Under the pieces are notes generated by a model. That model searched no databases, had not been told where the DNA came from, and saw only the letters and a list, made by a program, of their open reading frames with translations. The translations under genes were made by a program, and so were the position numbers. 45,414 nt of DNA from Promethearchaeota archaeon (lineage in GTDB: Archaea > Asgardarchaeota > Lokiarchaeia > Sigyniarchaeales > SOKP01), in the NCBI GenBank assembly GCA_037386725.1, contig JARRLT010000002.1, positions 1-45,414 on the forward strand, given 5' to 3'. Of this stretch, positions 35,322 to 44,300 are shown in pieces. Every line of letters starts with the position of its first letter. Within the stretch, counting starts at the first letter, position 1.

Positions 35322-38300
35322 TGAGATTCGGAAATATTAAATCTTGGAGTAAATGAAAAATCCTTTATCTCTTGAGAATAACAAGCAATGAATTCATGTC
35401 CGTTTAATTTTGAATCAATTTCAGTTCTAAATTCAACTAGTAAATCTGTATCATCACCTTTAAGCATAGTTTTTCTCAGTAGTTCTAAACATACATCTTT
35501 TTCTCCAGAGTAAGAAATGTCTTCAATATTAAAGGATAAAATATGCTCCTTAAACCCCAAATTATCTTGATTAATATCCGATATGAATGTTCCAATTGAA
35601 ATCTTTTCGTCAGTGTAAGAATTATAACTGAAAATATCCGCTATGGCTTTATAAGAAGTTATCGAGAATCGTGATTCTGAAAATCTTGAGCGATCAAATC
35701 CTGAAGTAAAGTCAATTCTAAATGAACCGGTTATGAAATCTGAGTCTGAATCAATTATATTGTATCCATATATAAAGTTATCTTGAATTGAAGGAATACC
35801 AACTTGGGATCCATTAAAAGAACTATAAAAGACAGCACCCGCAGGAATTCCCACGAGTTGAGTTGGTTGAGTAAAATTTAAGAAAAGATCACCTATTGCA
35901 TCTGTTCCTAAGGTATAATTAACTTTAATATCAGGATGCGAGAAAGTACCAAAGATTTCAGCATCGTCTCTTACATTAGTAATAAATAATGGATCTGAAA
36001 ATTGAGTATTTCCAAGGGTAATAGAATTTGGAATATACCAGTAATTATCTCTATATTCAAGATAAATCTGAGGAACATATTCGATATTTATATATTTAAA
36101 GAGCCCTTTATACATAGGATCAAGAATAAGTTGATCTTCTGTCACTTCGAATTTTGTAAGCGGATAATCATAAATAATATCGTCATAATCTTCCTTAAGT
36201 CCTTTAATTCCAACTAGATCACCAAAATAAGGTATATTTGATAAATTAAACTTGAGATAATCTTTTGCTATTAACTGATTAGAAAGAGTTGCTACTGAAG
36301 TTATTCCTTTTGAACCTTTATATCTTGAAGCGATAGGAGTAAATTGATAGGGAATATTATGAGGAATTACCATCCAATTTTCTGAATTAGGATTCTCCCA
36401 TTGTAATGAAAAGTTTGTATTCGCAAAATATTTATTAAATGCGGAAAAAGATGTTGTATTTGTGGTTCCACTATATTTATTAAATTCAGTATCTAGATAG
36501 GTTTTTTCACTTTGAGTGTAGGATTCATAAGCATAGACTATTTTTATATGGGTTAATTGAGAATATATCGAACTCAAATCTAAAATAATCTCCCATCTTG
36601 AAAAATCATATTTATCTTTTGAAAGTTCAAACCATCCAAGAGAAGTCTTATACATAACCTTCTCGATCCTATCGACCGGAGTATATTTTAAGGTGATTGT
36701 TGGAGTATTACTTGTGAGATTACTTTTAGAAAAAATTTCATAAGCCGGAAGTAAAGGTTTACTAAAATCAAAAATATCTGTATTATGGATAAGAGTGTAT
36801 TCAAAAATCCCTTTAGTAGAAGCAATAACAAGTTTTTCTTCGGAGTTTTCATTGATTGCAAGTAAATCCAAGATATGTAATCTTCCAGTATCAAACCCCG
36901 AGAGCTCATATTTTTCCCACTCTCCCGTATTTACATTATGCTCATAAACAATTACTCGATCTCTTTCTCCAATTATAGACAAATCTAGCCCAACGGATAC
37001 TTTATCATAATTATCATTTCGCAGGAATTCTATCACGGAAATCTTTCCCAAAATAGATTCCTCAATGATATGTTCTAATTTAAAGTTATAGTCTAATAAA
37101 AGAAGTTTTGAATAATAGGACTGATTGATGAATCCCCCAAGAAGAATCGCCTTTTTATTGAAATAGGTGAAATTTTCTACAATTTTAATAGATGTTGGAA
37201 GAATGTTATAATCAAGCGTAGTCTCAGCTTGTTTAATTAAGTTAAAATTTGTTCCAAATTGATATTTTGCCAATATTATATTTTCATCGACGGAGACTGA
37301 AGCTGAAACCGCTATGCTATTACCGTCAATTTTATTTGCATCAAAAGCTAAAATTTCAGTATTTTGGATATTGGTTACATTACTCTTTAATTTCCATGAG
37401 TAAGTGGTAGTATTAAAATAAAGAATATCGATTCTATTTGGTAATATTCTTATAATTTCTTGGAATCCATCATTATTTGTGTCAAATAATTTAAATCGTT
37501 GACCTTCGATAGATGTAATTGGATCTTCTAACTTGCTTAAATCAAAGTCATTAGTCCAACCTGAGATGAAAGAGTAATTAAAAATGGAAAGATGAAGATT
37601 TTCTTGCTCTCTAGAAATAATTATCGGTTGATATATTCCCCTAGAAAACATCCCCCATGACCCATAGAGATTTTGATCAGTTTCAGGTGTAACCAAGAAT
37701 GGTAGATATGAAGTACTTGTGTTTTGCATATTTTTTAAGAAATCTATATCTTGATTCATATCCCATGTAATCTCATATCGCGTTCCCGCATATTCTGTAG
37801 TTGTTATTAATGCAGGATTCGTATAAAGATCAATCCATCTATATCGTGCAGAGTCATAATATTCAGCAATGATTGACCAAAATTGTTCGTTATCAAAATA
37901 ATTAGTAATTTGGCCATCAATAACTTGGAGATTCTGCGGTTCGGAGGGGTCATACTCGAAAATTTGCTCATATAATATATTAGTAAGCAATTTAATGTTG
38001 GAATAGTCATAAATTGCTATAGGGGCTATTTCAGAAATATAATTATGTCCATAATCGAATAAAGTTACTCGTATATAATTAATACTTGAAATCTGGTCTA
38101 ACATTGAGGGTGTAACAACTAAAGCCCATTTATCGTAGCCTAGAAAAGTGAATTTTCCTATTTCTTGCCAATTAGCTTGAATTTCACTTCCATAGGCAAT
38201 TATTTCTTTTATATCCATCGTGCCGAGACGGGTTCTATTTGTGATTGATGTATTTAATAAAAGGGTACAATCTGAAAGGTCTTCTGTTCCTAAACACAAG

Positions 38301-41300
38301 ATTCCATTATTTGAAGCGTCTTTTCCAAGATTCCATCGATATAGAGTTCCTTCGCTTTTGTCAATATGAGGGTCATAAGATCCCTCGAATTTCTCTGAAA
38401 TTAAGACATTCGGCATTCTTAAATAATGTGTAGCATATCCATTTCCATCTTCAAGTTCAAACCAAAATAAGAACTTATCTTGATCTATAGCATTATTATA
38501 TTCGGAAATATTAAATTGATCTAATATCCATTTATGGGTACCCAGATCAAATGTTAATGGTATTTTCTGAGGATTTAACTCATAAAATTCAGCATAAATA
38601 AAGTTAGAATATGATGGATTTAGCAAATATCTGTAATCTTCATCAATTTTAACAAATAAGGCTCCCCCTTGGGTAATAAGTTCAAATTCTACCTTCTTTC
38701 CATTTATAAAAATTTGTTGCATTTCCTTAATTAAAGATGTATCAAAAATTACAGGATCTCCAAATCCTATTATTTTATACAGATAGTCATCAAAACTTAA
38801 AGGAGTATCTAAAAGAAGCTTTTGATAAGATAAAGGATTAGTGTATCTCATTGAGACATTATATACTCCTTTTTTATGACCAAGAAGAGCCTCAATATCA
38901 CCCCAATCAAACCCATCATAAGTAATATCTTCGGCTGTAAGAGATATATTGTCATTTCCATTAAAGTATAATCCTTCAGTTATCTCGAAAACTTCCTCAG
39001 TACCTTCAAAATACACTGTATGTGTGATTTCATTTAATACGGGAGGAATTGCATCAAAATATCTGTCTAATTTATAAGCTTCTCTACTATTTCCTGCTTG
39101 ATCAGTACAAATTACAAAAACACTATAATTTCCAGGGGGGAATTGAGTCACATCAATTAGAAATTGCCATCTATCAACATCAATTTGCTTTTTTGAATAA
39201 TCAAAATCAGTATAGATGGTTCCCGTAGCATCACGCTCTAATCTAAGGTCTAAAGTATAATACCCAGATGCTTCATTAATGTTTACAATTATACTATATA
39301 ACCCAGAAAAGGTGAATTCTTCATTGGTAATCTCTGTAAATTCTGGTTCAAGATTATCAATATATAATGTAAAGGTCGTAAAGGAACTTTGATTTAACAT
39401 ATCGACGCAAGTAAGCTTGTAAGTATAATTTCCATCAATTAAACTGCTATCATTGAAATGGAAAATATAAGAAGTATCAATTACTTCCCAATATCCTAGG
39501 ATTGATACATTAAGATTCCAATCTTTTATAGTGGAAGGATCATAAATTTCAAATTCTATAGTTCCGTTTTCTGGATTTATACACTTATCAATTTGCTCCT
39601 CAGTATTTCCAAATAATTTCGTAATTTGAGGACCATCATAATCAAATAAATAATTATTAATTGCGTAGGTACTTATGGTTCCTGAAATATCTTTGAAATA
39701 CGCTTTCAATTTATAATATCCTTGAGGAAGGGTTGTAAAATTATAGGAGCCAACATATTGGGAGTTTGTCCTTAAAGAAGAGGTTGTGAGATAATCGATT
39801 TCGATATCGCTTATAGAATCAAGATATTCATTGCTATCTAAGGTTATCAAAATATTACTTGAATCGATAAGATAAGAAAACTCATAAGACGTTCCATTTA
39901 CATAAACATTTTGGACAGAGCAAATATCATTTGGAAGTAGGATCGGTCTTGGTATAACGAAATAATTCTCTTGGATTTCTATATTAGGATAAAGCTCATT
40001 ATAAGTGGAATCGTAATTCTCATGGAATACAATTGTATCGACTAGTCTATTTTTAGAATCCCATATTCCTAAATATGGGTAACTATTATCAACAATAAAA
40101 GGAATACCTTGAGAATTATTATATGAATCATACGAAGTAGCAAAAGAGAGATATACATTATCTATTGCAGCATAATCAATCCATGAAAGATCATTTATTT
40201 GTATCACATCTTTATAAGCGCTATATGTTGCTGTAATTATTACTTGATCAACCCCGACAACCGTTTGATTTTGATAGTATCTAATAGTTATAGGGATATC
40301 TACAAAATCCGTTCCATAAATCGAATAAAAAATTGGGGTTAAGGCAATATCATCATTATTCTGATATGAATCTTCAAAAATGTAATTATTCCCTAAACAT
40401 TCTCTATATGATAAAATAAAGGATTCATAGGGAGTACTTACCCTTATACTTGAAATATCATTATCATAGGGTTTAATTGAAACGTTAAGATCAATTAAAC
40501 CATTCTTATTCACAGTATAATAAGGTGCATCAAAACCGTTAATTATAAATTCGCCTTCATTAAAATTTTTTATAAAGTAATAAGAATCATTAGTAAGAAT
40601 AAAACTATTTCCAAAACGATCATATGATATTAATCGGAAATGAACTTTGGAGTCTCTAAGATTTTTAATGTTAAATTGTATTAATTTAGGAAGTTCTTGA
40701 ATGGTATAGGTTTCAAATGTGATCCAAGTGGCTTCTGGAGTATCATATTTGAAGTCCAGCCGGATAGTATCAATATCATCTAAAGTAGAATTAATGAGAA
40801 GATTGAGATAATAATCTGATGGATCATTAAAGACTTTTGGAAACTCTATTTGCTCAAGATAAATAACAGGAGAATTAAAGTCAATTATAATCGGATCTAA
40901 ACTATAATTATAATAATAAAATTTTTTAAATGGAGAGAATGTAAAATTTGCATCTATTATAAAACTGGCATTAAATTCCCCATCTTCAAGTCCATTTTGA
41001 ACTTTCCAATCAAGAAGCGAATTCAATGGAATAATATTATAATGAGAACTAAGATAAGAAGAGGAAAATGAATTTAAATAGTCAATATTATCAGAATAAT
41101 TAACATATAAATCTATAGAATTAATTTGCCCTCCAAAATCTTGGATCGCGTCTATAGAAATCTCAGAATTATGATTAATTCTTCCTTGTAAATCTAAATA
41201 CAAAATATCTAACGAATCATGAAAATGATCAATTTCAAAATATCCTGTTGCATTATTTATCGAATAAGCAGAATATGCGATATTTTCAAAGGACCCTCCT

Positions 41301-44300
41301 GTATTTCCAATTACCTTTGCAATAAAATACCAATTAGAATCTGGAATATCGCGTGAATTCATAACATAGTTATAAGAAGCTTGCTCAATATCAAATTCTT
41401 TAATCTTAGTCCATAATCTCTCATTAGGAGAAGTCATATTTGGATTTGTATCCGATAAATAAAATTCCACCTTATCGATAGGAGTGCGAGGATTTAATTC
41501 TACTTCACTGTTAAAAAGAATGTAATCTTCTAAAGATTCTCCTTGAGAAATTGGAACCCACCCTTCTTCCTCACTGTCTTTTAGAATAGAAACATTTGCA
41601 ATAGTAATTTGATCATATTTTAATAGTTCAATATCAAAGTTAGATAGGGCCTTCCGATAGATCCTAAATTCATCAATTTTTCCATTAAAGGAAGATATAT
41701 TGAATCTATCTCCACCTAAGGTAAGATTATCACCTAAATTGATAAACATGGAATCGATCCATGGTTGAGAAACATCTCCAATACTAGAATTAAACCATTT
41801 ATCTCCCAAAAAGACATTAACCTCACCTTGATCGAACCTCAAGGCAAAGAAAGAATATTTGTTTACATCAATACTTTTATCGCCATAAACTGCTGTAACC
41901 TGATTATTTTCTCCATCGATATATACATGTAATCGAGAATTATAGATTCCCAACTCAATATTTCCAGAAGAAAAGAATAGATTGGTAACATTATTTACAG
42001 ATTTTGAGCTTGAAAAGCTTGAAGGATTTATAAAACCAGTAATTGTAAATTCTGCATTAGTTTCAAATATATTCCCAGCAATTGAAGAATAATTGATATA
42101 ATCTTCATTGCTTTCTGAAAAATATAATCCGGAACCAATAACACCATCTGTCCATGTAGTATTCCCCATAAGTAAGCCCATATAATTTTCGGCTGAATCA
42201 TGAGTAACTGATCCAGAAGATTCGTTAAACTGAGCATGAAACGCAAGATCGGGTAATGGAGGTGTATAATAGTATGAAAAGGGTTCATCAAAAATTAACC
42301 ATCCAAAGATCTCATCAGAGTGATCTCTGGAACCGACATCATTTCTATTCTGAGTTTCCTCAGCATAAACTTGATATTGAGTAGTTGAATGATATCCTGC
42401 TCCACGAGCTAAGGAACTTTCTGGTTCAGATTGAGTTTGCTGATCTACAAAAATAAGCGGTTTTTTAGAATATGACTTAACATATGTGATAGAATGCGGA
42501 GTGTCATCAACTCCATCTTTGGTACCATCATTGGCTAATCCTGTTTCCCATATATGATTTTCAAAAATACCAGATTTGCCTGCTTCAATTGCAATATATG
42601 AGATTCTTTCACCTACGGTCGGAATAGGTTCAAAACCATTTGCTTGTTGAATGGTAAATGATGTTGCACTTGAATTATAAAGTATTGAATGTTTATATTC
42701 ATTATTATAATAGTTATTTAGAGAAAAAAGGACTACTGGTGTTGAAGTGAAATTTTGAGTAAAATCAACTGTAACTCCTTCATATGCATCACTATCAGTG
42801 TGAACTGAATCTGTAAATACTGAATTCGCTTCAATTTTTATATTATCTGGAGAAAGTTCCCAATTCCCTTTCTCCATGATAATATAACTTACATTTTCAG
42901 GAGTGTGATTATCCCCATCTCTTTCTTGCATAAATAACACACATGAAGTGGAATTGACATCTTTAACCCGAACTTCTACCGATTCATCTCCCTCTCTTGT
43001 TTCTATATGAGAAATAACAACTGGATCTTGATATTCGTTTTCGAACATGATGAGTGAAGAATATCCATAATCAATCGTTCCGTATATAATTGTTCTTCCT
43101 ACCTCAAATTGAAATACGGGAGCGATAGAATTTCTTAAACTATCAAGAAATTCATCAATAGTTGGTAAATTATCCGGATAATTATCACCATCCTCATCTA
43201 TAAAAAATCGATTTCCATTAATCGGATCTTCTAATCCTATATATTCATCTTGGAATAACTCATTATAAAGAGCAGTTTCAACATGTCCTGCCGCTCCAAG
43301 CATGTTCATGCGAATACTTCCATAGATTATATGCTCATAGTGGAAGTATCCGAATTTATCGGTGTTTATGGTTGCGATGGGATCACCATAAGTAACCCCT
43401 CTCTGTAAATAAAGATCTAATTTATCTAATTGTACCCCTTGACCAATTGAATTTATCACTTGTCCAGCAAAGGTTACATTCCAGTATTCTTCCGTTGCCA
43501 TAGTTGTTATGAATCCTGCTTCATACCCATATTTTGATTCTATCTCAAAAGGATCTGCTGAGAGTATTTTTAAATTGTCTTTTCCTAACTCTAAATTATA
43601 AGTATTTGGCTGGGATTCTCGGTATCCAAATCCCGAGAGTAATCCATAGGAAATTTTAAACTCATATTTTCCAGGATTTAATTTTAACTCATTAAACTTT
43701 ATCTTCACAAATAACTTTCTACTAAATCCAAATCGGGAATACTCTGAAAAAAGGTCATAATCATCTTCTATATCTCTTCCTTCAACTTCGGTGACATTAA
43801 TTGGGTTGATTCGTACGTGAATAACTCCTGATTGACCGAAGATTGGATCAGAAAAGCATCTAACTACAATTTCATCATTGATTGTAAACATTTGAGAAAA
43901 GTCAAAATCTTCTTCAAAATTTAAGTCTCCATAAAAATTACCACCCGAAATTCGTAGATCAGAGGGTACACGAGCAAATTCTAATGGAGGCGTGGTGACA
44001 GTTCCCAAAGAATTAACTCCAAATACAAGGGGTAAACACACCAAGAAAAAACACATTAAGATCGTAGCTCTAGGGTGTCTTACATTAGAAGGATCATATT
44101 TTTTGAACCCTTTTCTCTTTATGCCAAATCTTCTTTTTAATGTATTGGAATATTCGTATTTTCGCTCATTAATCTTTTTCTGCTTGTAATATTTACACTT
44201 TACAGTAAAAATTACAATCACTATCAAAATAATCATGGTAGGCAATCCTAAATAATCGGGTGCCCATATAAAGCAAAATCCAAAGAATCCCACAGAAATA

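Noticed and set aside
44006-44068. Signal-peptide-like segment (M398 CFFLVCLPLVFGVNSLG) as the true start of a shorter secreted ORF-A
   Set aside because: The upstream 397 codons are open, encode six convincing TM helices that obey the positive-inside rule, and begin at an ATG coupled to the upstream ORF. An internal start cannot be excluded but is not needed.
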